Source of the DNA: Auanema rhodensis
Taxonomy: Eukaryota > Animalia > Nematoda
Direction of reading: 5' to 3'
DNA length: 64,000 nucleotides
Assembly (NCBI GenBank): GCA_964057225.1
Contig: OZ059895.1
Location: forward strand, 5,332,001 to 5,396,000
Below the pieces are notes generated by a model that worked only from the letters and a program-made list of their open reading frames with translations, was not told where the DNA came from and searched no databases. Positions within the stretch are counted from its first letter, which is position 1. Every line of letters begins with the position of its first letter. Positions 15,925 through 30,900 of the stretch are shown here, in pieces. Both the position numbers and the translations under genes were made by a program.

Positions 15925-17977
15925 AGAAAAACTAGCAAATGTCAGAGGGAGATTGAGTGAGCTGGAGAATACAACCGATCATCACGTCAAATTTACGTCG
16001 AATGAGTATTATGCGGCTTGCTTCACAATTGCATCAGTGCTGAGAGATCTGTGAAGATGGAAAAAAGGAAAAGGAAGGAAGCCTCACGTGAGATAAACAA
16101 ATCGTATGTGATTCTCACAGATATCTGTATAGAATCATACTTTTTGAATCTAAATCCGAATAAATTGATGAAAATATTCAAACACATATGTTCGAACATA
16201 CTGTCAAGACTGAATGTTTATATTGAGAATTGAGCAGAAACAACATCACGAAACAGAAACAGCTAAAAAAGTAGTTTTCGAACCCAGTTTGGTGAGCTTC
16301 AGAAGTTAATACTACAGGCTACACCGACGAGTTATTCAATTTTCTTCAAAAAAACTGTTTTCAAAGACAGAAAAGCAAACATGAGGGCTGAAAGAGACAC
16401 CGAACTCGAAGTAATATTTATGAGCATTTTTTGTGAAAATTGCAAAATGAACTAGAAAACAGAACATAGATATGGTTTCTAGTCAATATAAAGCTGAGTT
16501 TAACAAATAATTGATGAAATAAAAATATTATTTCAAAATAAAAAACAACATAAAGGGAAAGAAAGAGCTATTAGAGTATTTGGAATTTTTTTTTTGAAAA
16601 TCAGACAGTTAATCACAATTCTTTAAGAAACTACTATACTATATATATAGTAAGAGAGATGAAAGTTAATAAACAGTAATTGCTTATTCTTCTTCGTCGT
16701 CGTTCACAACTTCTTGTCTTTACATATCTTCACACTTGGCTATTTATTGAAGCTCTCGACGGCCAGTCTTTTGAACAGTTATCTAGCGGTTTAGGGTTTT
16801 CTTTCTATCTTTTAGTTCTTTTCAGTCTCTTTCTCTCTCAATTCCTCACTCAATTTCCCTCCTCTCTCTTTACATACAGAGAGAGAAGGATAGAGAGACC
16901 GAAACACTTCTTTTCATCTTCATGTCTGCGTATACGTAGCTGATTTGAAGAGGGAAGAAGCTGTAATTTGATGTCTTTGACTTCTATTCAAAATCTAAAC
17001 TTTCTTTCTTTTATTTATTTATATTTTGTTTTCAGTATAGAATATACGTCTTGTTTAAGTAATGTATTATGATCAAGTTGTTCACAACTTAAGTTTAAGA
17101 ATGAAATAATACCCAAAAACTTATATGCACGTTACCTATACATATATGATTTTCCTAACAACAACTTTAAGAAGATAGATTCACGGAAAATAAACAAACA
17201 AATACAGAATAATCAAGTAATCGGCTGCTCTCCCTCATGGTTTTTTCTTATTCACACTTCAATTCCAAAAAAAAACTCAACATTTTCGTGTGCACGTAAC
17301 AATAATCTATATTTTTTCAAATATAAAGGGACACATGATAACACAATATACATATAAATATTGAATATTTTATTTAAAAAATTCGAAAAAAATCTATATA
17401 TGTATATAATATTAAATTAGAAAATAAGCACTGCATAAGGCTAATGAAAAAGCAGGTTTGCGTTTCAATTTGTTTTCACATGATGATGAAGTAGCAGCCA
17501 GAAGCAGAAATTGCTACCAGCAAATAGCACTTTCTTTCTCTTTCTGCCATGCTACCTTTCTACTATTCATTTGTAAGATCAGTAAGAAAACAGAGGCTTC
17601 ACTATGTAAGTTTTACAAACTTTTTTTTCCAAGAGTTCTATTTCTTGCAACAGACAATTCACTGTTTTTCATTAGTTTTCGTTCGTCAGGCAGCATTACC
17701 ATCTTTAGTAACAGAGAAGGCTATATTCACCATATGAACATAAAAGTAAAACCTTGTGAGATACAAGGATGTTCGAAAAATAAATTGAAAGGTTTCAAGA
17801 ATTCGAATATTCGGAAACAAAATAGTATAGTATAAAGTGATGAAGCTTATTAAAATTGTTCTTTTCTCTTCTAATCACCAGGTATGATGATGAGGCGAAG
17901 TATTTGAAGTAGAAATATATAAAATTATTAAGGAAACAACAGAAGATTTAGGGAATACAACTAAAATAGAGAAGTGT

Positions 17978-18100
<123 letters not shown>

Positions 18101-18888
18101 GAAAGGGGTAGAAAACAAAATAACTAATTTACAATAACTTGTAGAGAATATAAAGTAAATAAACATAAAACAAGGATTTCTTGACGTAAAAGTTAACAAA
18201 GGAAAATTCAAATGATATACAAAAAAAACAAAAAGGGTTAAATGATGTTATCTTTTAGACAAAAAAAAAAAAGAAAAATTAAGAATATCATTATGAATAC
18301 AAATAAAAAAAAATTTTCATCTGTATCATTGGAAAATAGATGTGATGAACACACGTGACCTCTAATGAATAATGTAATGTAATTCATCAATCCATTGATA
18401 CAACAATCTATGTTCCAAATGATATTAGGATAAGATCAAATAAAGTAAAAAGAAAACAAATTTTACAAAAAAAAAATATTTTTTTAGGTTCAATGAATGA
18501 GATGAGATAAGAAATATATTCTGATCATGATATTAAAGCTTTAACAACTTATTCGTTTCTAAGCAACTATATGTAATTATTCGCATATATAAGTGATAAT
18601 CAAGATGATTTGATATATATGTATATACTATGTGATATATAGTTTTTTTTTTTTGATTTGAAATATCTTAATCAGCTCAATTGAAATAGCTCATGATGTT
18701 GCTGTCCATAGATCATATGAACTTTATTTTAAAAATGAGCAGATAACAGGTAGATGAGAGTTTGATGTCTATAACAATATGATCTATATGATAGCTTAAT
18801 ATAATTGTGAAAATTCAAATAATTTAATTATTTCAAAATTAAATTTTTTTTTCACGAACAAACAAAACAAATTTTTAAAAAAACTAAC

Positions 18889-18936
18889 CATAGAAGATTG
18901 TTTTAGGTCAACGATGGTCTGACGGCGGCTGCTCAT
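18889..18936 (-). CDS. dpf-1: dpf-1 alternative first coding exon (MSSRRQTIVDLKQSSM)
   Basis: ATG, 16 codons, GTTAGT donor in phase 0 matching the ELGG exon. Confidence 0.65.
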
Positions 18937-21900
18937 TGCCAATTGTTTTGCTTAAAGCATAAAGCCTAGATGTGAACCTTGGGAGCTTCTTCTTCGTCTT
19001 TTTCTCTTAGTTTACTTCTCTCTTTGATGATGAAGAGAAACGAAAACGAGAAAGAGAGATAGAGATGATTATAAGATATGGAGATAGATGGAGAGTGGAA
19101 GAGATCTGAGAATGATGGAGGTGGGACCTGGCCGGAAGGACAACTTTTGACTGATGGACATGCACATGGAACGTGTAAAGCAAGCAGCACCCCCCCCCCT
19201 TTTCGAAAGAGCAGAAATATCAAAGAGATAGTACTTAGCTTAGAAGTAGTAAAGTGAGAAAATATATTCAAAGAGGAAAAAGAAGAAAGTTGAGAAAGAA
19301 TTTTCAAAAATCAAAGATAATATGAAGGAACTAAATAATAAAATTTGAATATTTTATTTTAGACAATATTTATTTGTTTTTATAATTAAAATTCTTATAT
19401 GCTATATATGACATATAGCATTCGGTATCAGGACTTAGAACGCCTGTTTCCTTTTTTTTCATCTTAAAAATCTTATGTTTAAACATTTAGAAATAACATT
19501 TGTTATAAATATAGATCACTTCAAACACTAGTTTTTTTCATTATCTTCAACTGATGACTTAAGAAAAATATTGAAAAATGTAATAAATTCATTATACTTT
19601 CTTATATTTCATGGAGAAAGAGGTATGGATGTGATTTTCCCGTTAAATCTGAAGAAAATTTAACACATTCAATTCTTTTGTCTTAATGTTCCAAACAGAA
19701 TGGCAAGCTGGAAAATAAAATAAAAATGTTTTAATGCTCTACCACTTCAAGCAAGCTATGACTTTAGAAGTTTGATGACGTTTGCACTGTAAAGTAAGTA
19801 TTACAGTTGAAAATTAGCTTTAAGTTTTCTACGATTTTGCAATATATTTCGAAAAAGATTTCAAATAATCTTAAAACGACAAAATAAAATGGGATTCCCT
19901 CCTCTCCTGATTTTCTTTACAACTCAAGTTTCTCTATGGTTTTCCTTCGGCATAGTAGTATTTTTTTACAAATTAGGGATATTGTTTTTCTTTGCAGAAA
20001 ATGAGATAAAACTTTTTTTTTTCACTTCAAAAAGTTGAGAAACCGAAGTTCCTTAATCAAATTGCTTGTGCTCCTCATCATTTTAACTGATAATTGCATT
20101 TTCTTGGAAACAATATGTTGGCATATGGACCATTCTGTAAAGGTCGTCTTGCAAACCCTAAATCTCACTCTCTTTTTCACTTTTTTGTTGAAATTCGTCG
20201 GAGTAATAATTTTTCAGATGCTCCCAACACCAGGCGTTTATTCTTTTCGAGAAAAAAAGAAAACGCTCAACAGATTGTTGAACTTGATCGAGCGTTAAAC
20301 CCGAAAAAAAAACAGAACTTTTCATCACAATATGGACGACAGATCCTACATAATCTTCATCATCTGGTTAGAATTAAGAAATCTATCAAGAGAGCAAAAA
20401 AGTGAGAACATATGAGACAGATAAGTTAAGGGACTAAGTAAACATATAAAGTACAGAGGGAAATGTTTCTAGTTTATTGAAAGGTTTTATTATCAATTCA
20501 AATATTTTTCTTAAGCCTATATCCTTTTCCCCTTTTTGCATATTTTATTCGATATAATGAAATAAAAATGGATAAAACAAAATTGTCTATTCAATAACAT
20601 ATGGCTTAGTGTCATATTTCTGAGAAACAACTAAATCCTTTATCTCAAAATAGGGAGTAGACAGACTATGAGCAACTGTTAAGTGAGATGTTGAACTCTA
20701 ATAAGCACTAAAGCGCAGTTTCAAACAGTTATATAATATATTATATCGTTAAAATTTGAATATAGCATTCAAATAATTTACAATTTAATATACTACTATG
20801 AGAGAATGATACATATGATTATTACATAAAAGTATGAGTTAATTTCAATATATACAAAAGAAAAAATGAAGTAATCCAATATGTGGTGATCAATTCATTA
20901 ATGAGACAATTGAAATTTCCATATTACAACTAAGTAATTTGATTCAATCAACGAAAGTCTGATCGATATACCAACTGGCACTATTTGAGGCACAAAAATC
21001 TTCCAGAGGTCGTATATGCACAGATCATCATGCGAATGCTCACACAAGATCTCATGAGGAGAAGCATGGGATGGGGACGAGAGGTAGTGAAGAGATAAGT
21101 CATACCAAAGATAAAGCTAAGAATAATGATTAGAAAAGGTATTTTAACGATGACGCAAAAAAGCTAAGTAATCAAAATGGTTAGCATAACCAATCTTAAC
21201 TAGATATTATACTAAAATCACGTAAATGATAAATTAAGTTTTAAAGTGAATAGTTAATAAGAATAAGTCAACGAAAATGAATATTTTAGTTGAAATTTTA
21301 TAAAAATACCAAAAATCGTCAACTATATATATATATATAGATAGATAGAAGAATAGTTACATAATTTAATATAACACATAGAGAAAAAAACAGTTGTAGT
21401 TGAAGGAAAGCTATGAAAAACACTAATATTTTTAAAAATACAACTAATAACATCTTGTGCCTTATTCTTATGCAAACATATATCGTATATAGTATACGAA
21501 ACAAAAAAATATGTGAAAATAAATGTTAAATATTATTAAATAAATGGTATAGTCCAGAATTATATAAATATAATAAGAATTATTCATATAATTGATAAAA
21601 AATATTTTAAATATAAATAAATGACATAATCAACCGTACGTTACAACTCAAAAATGAAAATTAAATATTAGAAATACAGTATTTCACGTATTTAACGTTA
21701 ATAATATTCTGATCAAATATGTTAATTAGGTATAATATTTAATTTTGAAACATATTTGTATTGTTATTGTTTAATTGATTTTATAAAAAATAAGAATAAA
21801 TTTAAAAAATTTGTAATAAATACACATATTTATAATATATCAATTTTTTTATAAATAGCATTTATAATAAAATATGATACATTTCTTTTATTATTTTTTA

Positions 21901-22873
21901 AACAAGTTTGATGAGTCAGGTTTGATGTAATTTATAACATTTGATTTAATACATAGAAGATCTAAGATCTCAGCCTGAGCTTAAGATTTATTGGTTAAAC
22001 ATCAATATCTTTATTTAATTTTTGTCTCAAATAAGAATTGATGACTACTTTGATCTTAAAGTAGAAAAAGATGGAAACAGTGTGAATGTAGAATATGAGA
22101 GAAATGAAGAAATAAGATATAATTCAAGAGAAATTTTGGAAAATTAGAGAAAAATGACTGAATACTGATTCAAACATGATGAAAGACGTGTGATGATCAA
22201 GATGGATTAATAACCAACTGTCGTTACGACAATAAATTTTCATTTTTTTAACCGACAGGTACTAAAGTTTTTTTTTGTTCGAAAGAAATAGAGTAAGAAT
22301 AGAAGAAGACGATTTTTAAAATAACATTGATCATTTATAAATATTTCAAGTTCTTTAGAAACTTTGTTTCAAAATTCAATTTAAAAAATTTTTATGATAG
22401 TAATTAAGGATTAAGTTCATTTATCTGAAAATATCATTGATTCTATTAACACATATTGATTTCTCAGATTTTACAAGCAATGAAAGTTTATTTCATCTGA
22501 TTGTTCAATAAATTTTCATCTTTTTCTCTTATTATTATAATAAACAAATAAAAAAATAACATAATTTCATGAGAAATTATTAATTGTTCATCGTATACAT
22601 CAAATTTTAGCCGATTCTTCTATATATATATGAATTATGCATATAGTTAGGCTTGATTCTTTATATATTTTCTGATATTTCCAGAGAATAAATGAATTTT
22701 TTATAGACGGAAGTGAGTTTGTTCTCACATTTTATCTCAGTGTTGCAAATAACGGATGATTTGATAAACGAAGTGATTGGAACAACATCAGAATATGGCT
22801 GATTTTCAAAATAAGAAAAACATTTCGTCACAATATATGATAGGATATGTAAAGATTTAGATAGTTAACATAC

Positions 22874-22909
22874 CTCATCTTGATAGAATAGATCGGCTTC
22901 AGTAGCCAT
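22874..22909 (-). CDS. dpf-1: dpf-1 alternative first coding exon (MATEADLFYQDE)
   Basis: ATG, 12 codons, AG|GTATGT donor in phase 0; GC-richer, promoter-like sequence upstream. Confidence 0.7.
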
Positions 22910-24698
22910 TATAGAATAATATTACGTCGTCAGGGTTGAAGGGCGGCAAAAAAAGGAATTTGGAAACGGTGCTATTGCTTGACGATGACGTGACTATTAA
23001 ATGGAATAATAGGAAGAGGTGAGACAAGAAATTGCGAAAGCACGTGGATTGAAGCTAGTTCTACTTGGGAATCAGAATAGATTGATAACGAGTATGTGTT
23101 GATAGCAACGAGGAGGATGGTGTTGGCAGTTTGAGGGAGTGAAAAAAAGAAGAAGAGGTGTCTCTGGGAGGTAGGAACAGCCTCACCCACTAAGCAGAAC
23201 TTGGATGAAAAGCAATGTGTCGTCTCTTTTGCCTGTTGCTAGTCTGATGCTTGTGTACGGTTGTTATCTGCCCCGTGTTTTCCCTCCTGCTCTCTCTTTC
23301 TCTCTTTCTCTCTCTCACCTGGCTCTGTTGTTTCGCGTCTCGTTGTCCGGTCTCACTCCTATCCAACCTAGTTTACGTTTTGCTCTCTCATCGAGATGCT
23401 TTTCGTTCCGACCTCTCTTTCCCTCTCTCTATTCTTCTCTCTGTTCCTCTCGTTTTCTCTTTATGCGTTCCATTTTTCTATTTCATTTTGCCTTGATGAT
23501 TCTGGCACAACACGATTAAGTTATCGTCTTGTGTGAGAATCTAAGAAGCATCTTTGCTAGTGAGTCAATGAATACAGCCTTCTAGAGTCCTGGTGGCAAA
23601 GATATGAAAAACGTTAGCTTGTTCACTTGTGTAGACTAGTATATTCAAATATTTCAGTTATTAAATAATTTGAAATGAAAGAAATCTTTTAATTTTCTTT
23701 GAAAATGAAGATATTTCTTATATTTAATTAAAGAAAAATAGTTAAATAAAGTATAGTTAGTATATTAGAAACATACATAAGTAATTAAAGTAAATCTTAT
23801 TCTTTTAAGATTTAAAGTTGTTTTAGCATAGTAAATTAGATTCTTTTGTGTATTCTTAACACCAAAAACAGGAAAAAGAAAAGAAACATAAAAAAAGAAG
23901 AAGATGATCATCACAAGCAAAAGCTGATGAGGGATGATAGTCTCATGTTATCTTCCAAAAATAAAACAAAATCTTTTCATTTTGGTATTTGTCCAAATAC
24001 ATATGAATGAATACATCATTCAATTGGTCATTCGTCCGGTAAGAAAGAATTTGAAAAAGTTTATGTTTTAAAGAAAAGTTTATGATAATTTATAAAATAA
24101 AGTTTATATTAAATATAATAAATTAAAAAGAAAATAAAGAAGAAGAAATAAAATATAAAATTGATGAATGATAGAGAGTTTGAACTAGCATAACAGAGAT
24201 ATGCTTCTCTTATAAATAATTTTTGTTGTTCTCATTATTTACTAGTTTTTGTGAGAAAAAGTTCAAACTTCTTTAATTTTCTTAGAAATAAAACAACCGG
24301 AATGTCATGAAGTGGGTAAAAGAGGAATAGTTAAACGAATTCCAATATAAAAAAAAATGTTTAGGATGTTATAAGGAACATTAAAATTAAAAAAAGTTAA
24401 AAAGAAAAGAGTATAGATTCAATTATGTACTAAATATCATTATTATATTGGAAATACTGGAATATTTTATACTTTTTTATATTTTAAGGACAATAAAAGG
24501 AAGATTTGTAAGTGGGTGTTTGAAAGTTCATTTCATTTTATTCATCAAACATGCAATAAATCAGAAAATCACTAAATAAATTCGATATAATAGAGACAAT
24601 TAAAGAAAAAAATTAATATTATAATTGAATTGTCATATACAAATCAATTTTTTAAAGAAATGAGAATAAAATTAAAAATAAAAGAAAGATGTTCTTAC

Positions 24699-24737
24699 CT
24701 TTGCTGGTACAATACATATTTCTGCTTGAGCATACAT
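24699..24737 (-). CDS. dpf-1: dpf-1 alternative first coding exon (MYAQAEICIVPAK)
   Basis: ATG, 13 codons, strong AAG|GTAAGA donor in phase 0. Confidence 0.55.
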
Positions 24738-24949
24738 GGATATATGTATCAAGTTGAAGTATTATCTGGATTTCTAACTGCAAAGCCAATAGTTGTACAA
24801 GAATTGACGATCACTGAATAATGTTTCCAGATTTGCAGTAACTTTAAAAAAAAAAATTTTACGAGTACAAATTGAAACATATACACGATTTCAAAAGTAA
24901 TGTATATCAGAATATGGAGAACATAAGATGTGCTTAACAAAAAAATAGA

Positions 24950-25041
24950 GGGGAAAGAGAGAGAGAGAAAGAAAGAAAGAAAGAGAGAGAGAAAGAGAGA
25001 AAGAGAGAAAGAGAGAAAGAGAGAAAGAGAGAAAGAGAGAA
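24950..25041. repeat. Compound purine microsatellite: (GA)n, (GAAA)n, (GAGAAAGA)n
   Basis: Direct reading. Confidence 0.85.
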
Positions 25042-27183
25042 GGGGATATATTGAAGATGAGTAAACTATCAAAAACATATTATGCATATTTTTATATATT
25101 TTTATAGATATGTTTGTTATTATATGCTTTTTTTTCCACAAATCAGATAGTTTCTAAACTTCGAAGACGATTTGATTTGAACAATATTTTGGCGGGAGAG
25201 AGAGAGAGAAAGAGAAAGAAGGGAATGAGGGATAATTTAAAAGAATAATCATCATTACATAATCTTTTCTCATAAACATTGTCATTAAATTTTAAGTTAT
25301 TATTGAAAAGAAGAAAAGATATTGATGACAAACAAGCTTATAGATATCTTTTATTCGTTGAGAAGAACAAACGACAAATGTTTTCCACTAATTTTGAATT
25401 CTGCTCCAAAAGTACCAAATATAGACCGGACGGAAACAAAGTGAAATACGAGCCAAACGAGGCAATTGTGGGAAAAGAAGAAGAACATCTTCAGAACACT
25501 ATTCAAAAAAAAAAAGAAAAAAACCTCCAATCGTATGTCTTGCCCCTATCACTTTTCCTCTTATCCATTTCTGCTTATTAATTACTTAATTAAGATTAAA
25601 TAGCTTATGTTCTTGCTTTGAAAGCTAATGATTGTAGCATATACGGTGTAATAAAATCAGAAATATTCTTCTGCTTTCATGTTTTTTTGAATTTTCCGAC
25701 ACAAACAGTGGTTTGAAAACATTATTTTAGGATATTTGTTGATTCATCAAGCCTTCCATCGATAGAATTGAAACATATTTCTTGGTCATATTATAGTCAT
25801 TACAACGTCTTTGTCAATTTTCTTCAAATTTTTAAAGAATTACTCACAAAATATGTAATAACTTTACTTTTCTTTAACAAAATTTTGGAAAAAAAACTAA
25901 ATTCTTTTAAAAAGCAAACTAGTTCAATATTTTTTTTATTGTATAAAGAAGTTATATGTTGTATAAAGGGGATTTGCTAAAGTAATGACAATCTCTTATA
26001 ATTTTCTTAATTGGTTTGTCTTGTCAAGTTGATGATGCAAGTTCCAACCTTAATAAGCTTATTGTTATAGAACTATTGTTGTTTTAATATAAAGACAGTT
26101 TGCTTAGATTACCTTAATAGATAATACTGAATATCTGACTAGTATTCTTGATTATGCAAACATATTTGAAGATATATTATTGAAACTGATGATGTAACAA
26201 TCATCTATTCTTTTTAAAATTCTTTGTTTTTTATCTTTTCCTTCTTACATTTGAAATCTTTTCTCCATTCTTTTTTCAACATCCACCATTGCATCATCAT
26301 CACTAACTATACGTCATCTATCTTTCAATACCATTTTCAGCTTTCCGTTTTTTCTTTTTTCTTATCCCCCCCCCCTTCTTCTCCTCCTCCTCTTTATTCT
26401 CTTCCTCTTTCTCTTCTTCCTTCTCTTCTAACTCCTTTCACAGTTTTATGTTCAAAAATTTCGTTTTTCTCAATCGGCTGTCGTACAATTACATATAAAT
26501 AATTTGAAATTATATTAAAAGAAAAGCAGATAAGCATCTATCTATACGGATTCTCGAGGGAAAAAGGGTAGACCTGTAATAAATGCAACCAGAGCGAAAG
26601 GAACAGAAGGAAAAAAGAGGTGAAGTTCAGTTGACGCTTATCTATGTCAAGAGAATTTCGGACAGTCGTCATAACGAGGCAAACGAACGCTAGATGAACA
26701 TGATTTGATTGACGAGATGATGACGATACATCTCTGTATGTATGTATCTATGTATATAAGATATTTATATATAAATATAAATACATTTTAAATGAATAAA
26801 ATGAAAGAAGAACAAGATTATATAGACGATATATGTACCTTTCTTTCAAAAATAATTACAATAGGTTATAAAGAAACAGTAAAATGAATGTTTATATACA
26901 TATTTGAATGTATTATAAACCTAGTTTAACTAGTTTAATATAATTATTTTATGACTCAAAATGTTGGTTTTTTTGGAAAATAGTAAGCGTATATCCAAGT
27001 TGTCGTTACATTGGAAAACATTTGTAAACAATTAAAACTTTAAATTTTAAAGAAATGGTTTAAATTTCACAATTAAGTTTATTATTTCTTTACTTTTTGA
27101 ATAACTATTAAAACTAATATACTTTTAATACTTTACAACAATTATTTATAAAAAAAACTTTATGCAGAAAAGCAAAAACGAAC

Positions 27184-27255
27184 TTCCCATGCCGGGAATC
27201 GAACCCGGGCCGCGTGGGTGAAAACCACGAATCCTAACCACTAGACCACATGGGA
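27184..27255 (-). tRNA. tRNA-Glu (anticodon TTC)
   Basis: TCCCATG/CATGGGA acceptor stem, anticodon arm CGTGG-TTTTCAC-CCACG, GGTTCGATTCC T-arm (B box), and a T5 Pol III terminator just downstream. Confidence 0.97.
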
Positions 27256-27937
27256 CACATTATGTAGTTCTTAGCATACAACCAAGTCATCACTATCGGT
27301 ACAAAGCAGCACTCTCCACTTTTCGTTTGCTCCAATTTTCTCTCTTCAGCGCTCATCTGAGTCGATTAGGTGAACTCTTTGGTTTCAAATTCATCGTCTA
27401 CATCTTTTGAAATTGCTGATCGAACACAAGCCAAGTAAGATAGATGAGGGATGAGGCTATAAGAAGAGAACAAGACTTGACTATCCTGCTACACAGCGAT
27501 AAAGTGAGAGTAAGGAAAAGATTAACTGTGAAAAAGATCTTTGAGGACTAAGAGAGATACAGACATGAGCGTTTTCGCACGAGGTCTTCAAGACGGTATG
27601 ATCATCATACAACTATTGGCGATATTCTTGATGCCCTGAGGGTCTATAGTGGAAGGCGCAGATAGACATCTTGTGTTTTCCTCGTTCAACTGTTCCATTT
27701 CCGTCAGTTAGATATTCCATATTTGGACTATTTCAATCGTCAACTTCTCTTTTATTTTTGTATTATTAACTAGAAAATAATAAGAAAATTAGCATAAAAT
27801 ACTATATTTTATTTTTTTTATTTTCAAATTTTTAATATAAAAACCAGTTTGTTGCACACATCTTGGATTCTGTGTGAACTTGCTGAACTATTCGTATGTT
27901 CGTCTCATCAGCTGTTTGGACCTAAATATTCGGAAGA

Positions 27938-30900
27938 ATGTTAACAAGTTGTGGACAACTATGTCCAAGCTTTTCATTTTTTCTTATTTTCATTCTATTT
28001 ATTCAAAATATTTATGCTGTTGAGCCTAAATGGAAGACTCCTATTAGTCTAAAACGAAATATAACATCTCGATCACAGAGAACTGAAGCTAATGAAGCTG
28101 ATCCATATTATTCTCGATTAGAAGACTTTAAGGTATTCTTCTAATTTATTAAAAAACTTTTTTGAAACTATTCTTTCAATGATAAGGCTTTTTCCATTTT
28201 TTACTTTTCAATATCGTTTAGTTGCCTGATTACCGTCCACGAGCTGGACAACATGTTGTTGCTCCTCCTATTGGCACTCCACTATCACCATCAAACAATT
28301 TGCCACGACATCCAGTTGCACCAATGATACCTCCAGATTTTCTTACTCGTCGTGTGAATCCACAACCTGGCAGTCCACCACCTTCAACAGGTGCCAGCAG
28401 TGTACCACCTGATGGCATTGTCTTCTATCCATCTAACGGAATACCACCGTTCATGTATAATCCCCTGAATAATACATTCGTACCAGTGCCAGGTGTAGCT
28501 TGGACCCCATGGAACGGTCAACTTGTACCTTATTTAGCAGGTAAACAAAACAATAAAATAACTAAATTTGCTTATTATTAATGATGTAAGGTGCTAGTCC
28601 TGTACCTCCACAAGGTCAGTATGGTCCGAATGGCCAGAAAACAACGTCAGTGGCTTATGAAACAAAAACAACGGAATGTAAGTTTCATCAATTGTCTGAA
28701 GTGTTATGTCTATCATGCCTACTTTTCTTTCAGATACTGATGGAACTGGATATTCACCCTCAGTGACCCCAGAAGGATTTGGGGATACATATACACCATC
28801 TGTACCTTCAACATATTCAACATACAATAGTCCTACAGCGCCTCTTCAAACTGATAATGCATATCAAACAACATATAGTTATCTGCCTTCTGATACATCA
28901 ACAACTATTCATCGGCCAGGTGATTTTCGTTCACCAGATACAGATTCTTCAACAACAACTACAACATTCAACACTAAAATTTTCGATATAAATCAAAATC
29001 CTTTTGAAGTTCAATCATCAACCAGAAATTCTGAACATCTCAGTATACTACTATTCATTCCATTATATTTGTATTTATTCATTTTTCAGATAATTTCTAT
29101 TCAACTACACCATCTGAAAACTCTAAAACAACATCATTATCGTCAGCTATACCAACAAGTATTCAAAATCCTTATAGCATATCTAACGGCTATCCTACTC
29201 TCATATCGACACCATCAACAGTTCCAGCTTTGTCAGAGGCTTCCACAAACATATATTCTACATCTTTGTCGCCATCTAATCCAAATGTGAATCGACCGTC
29301 TGATGGATCTGTTTATCCGCCAGCTGACCACGATCATCTCGAAATTCCCGAACTTCCTGATGACCAAACATCATACACTGGAACAACAGCTTCTGATTCT
29401 AGCACAAGTTCCTCGAATAGTTATAGTCTTCCGGAAGATAGGGAAACTACAGCATCATATGTTGAATCTCCAATACCATATTCAATACCCATATCAACCA
29501 GTAGTTACAGCCCTCCAACTGATGAGCTACCGGCCACATATTCTGGAAATAGTAATCCGTATGAACCAAATACATTGATAGAACATCAGAATCCAGAAAC
29601 ACCAATCACAACTACTCACCCATATGAAGCTGATTTTCGAAAAATGGAAAATGAGAAAGAGGAAACAACACCGTATGAGTCTAATCCCTATGATAGCATA
29701 ACTTCTACAACTGAGAAACCAAATAATGATTCACCTAAGCCAATCTATTTTCCACGACCTATACCGGCTCAGGTCAGTTTCAGAAATAGTCTTAGAGCAT
29801 ATGAAATCTAAATCCATTTATCATATTTCAGATATATCAGCCTTCAAAATCTGCCGAACGTGATAACATCACAACTAACCTGGATGTCAACTTCGTTAGA
29901 CCAAAACCAAACTGTACAGGCAATTTATGCGGAGAAAAGGTGATCAAACAAAACTTTATAAATCAAAATTATGTAAAACAAATTAAAATTTTTAAAAATT
30001 CTATTCGTTGTTCTTTTTATTTTTCATGAAATTGCATTATTCAGGTCTCATACTATACTCCACCAAAAGGTCCAACTTTGTTGATTAGTAATGTTGCTAA
30101 GGTATATAGCCTAACATAAACTAATCCTAATCAATTAAAACCTTATAACATGAATATATATATTATTATTTTTTATTAATTATATGTAATAATATAAATA
30201 TATTAATAATATAATAAATTTATAGGGTTCCATACCTCCAGCAAGCATTCAACGTCCTTCTTCTCCACGAAGTGAGACCAGTCCCAGACCAAAATTGCCT
30301 ATGCCAACAGGTTTGCTTCTCTTTTCAAAATATATAAAGTACACGTGAAAAAGCCTACACGTCATAAAGTTTTAATGTCATTCAAAATATAAAAAAAATG
30401 TTTTTAAGTTGTTGAACGAAAGTTCTTACCATTTGTTCCACCAGAACAACAAATTCAATTTGGAATGCATACACGTGGTCCTCACATTTTCATGGCTCCT
30501 CATGAATTTCCGGAGCTAATGATGACAAATGCACCTTCAACCAATAGTTATACAACTCCTGAATACAGTCCAACATATAAAACAGTTAAATCATCTGAAA
30601 CACCATTAGATGTTACAACTCCAATACCTAATGACAAATCAGATGAGAGCACAGTGCCATTTACAACAAATTTAGGTAATTTTATAATAATTACTTATAA
30701 AACATATAATTAATATAATTATAGATATTGATACAACTCCAAAACCAAATAATAATGAAGAAGATGATGATGATGAAGAAGAAAAGGATGATGATAAGAA
30801 CTATAGTGATGAAAATTTAAAAGAAAATGAAGAAAATCCCGATGATAGTCATTCATTATTTGGAAGTAGTAAATTCTCAACAGCTAAGCCTGACACAACT

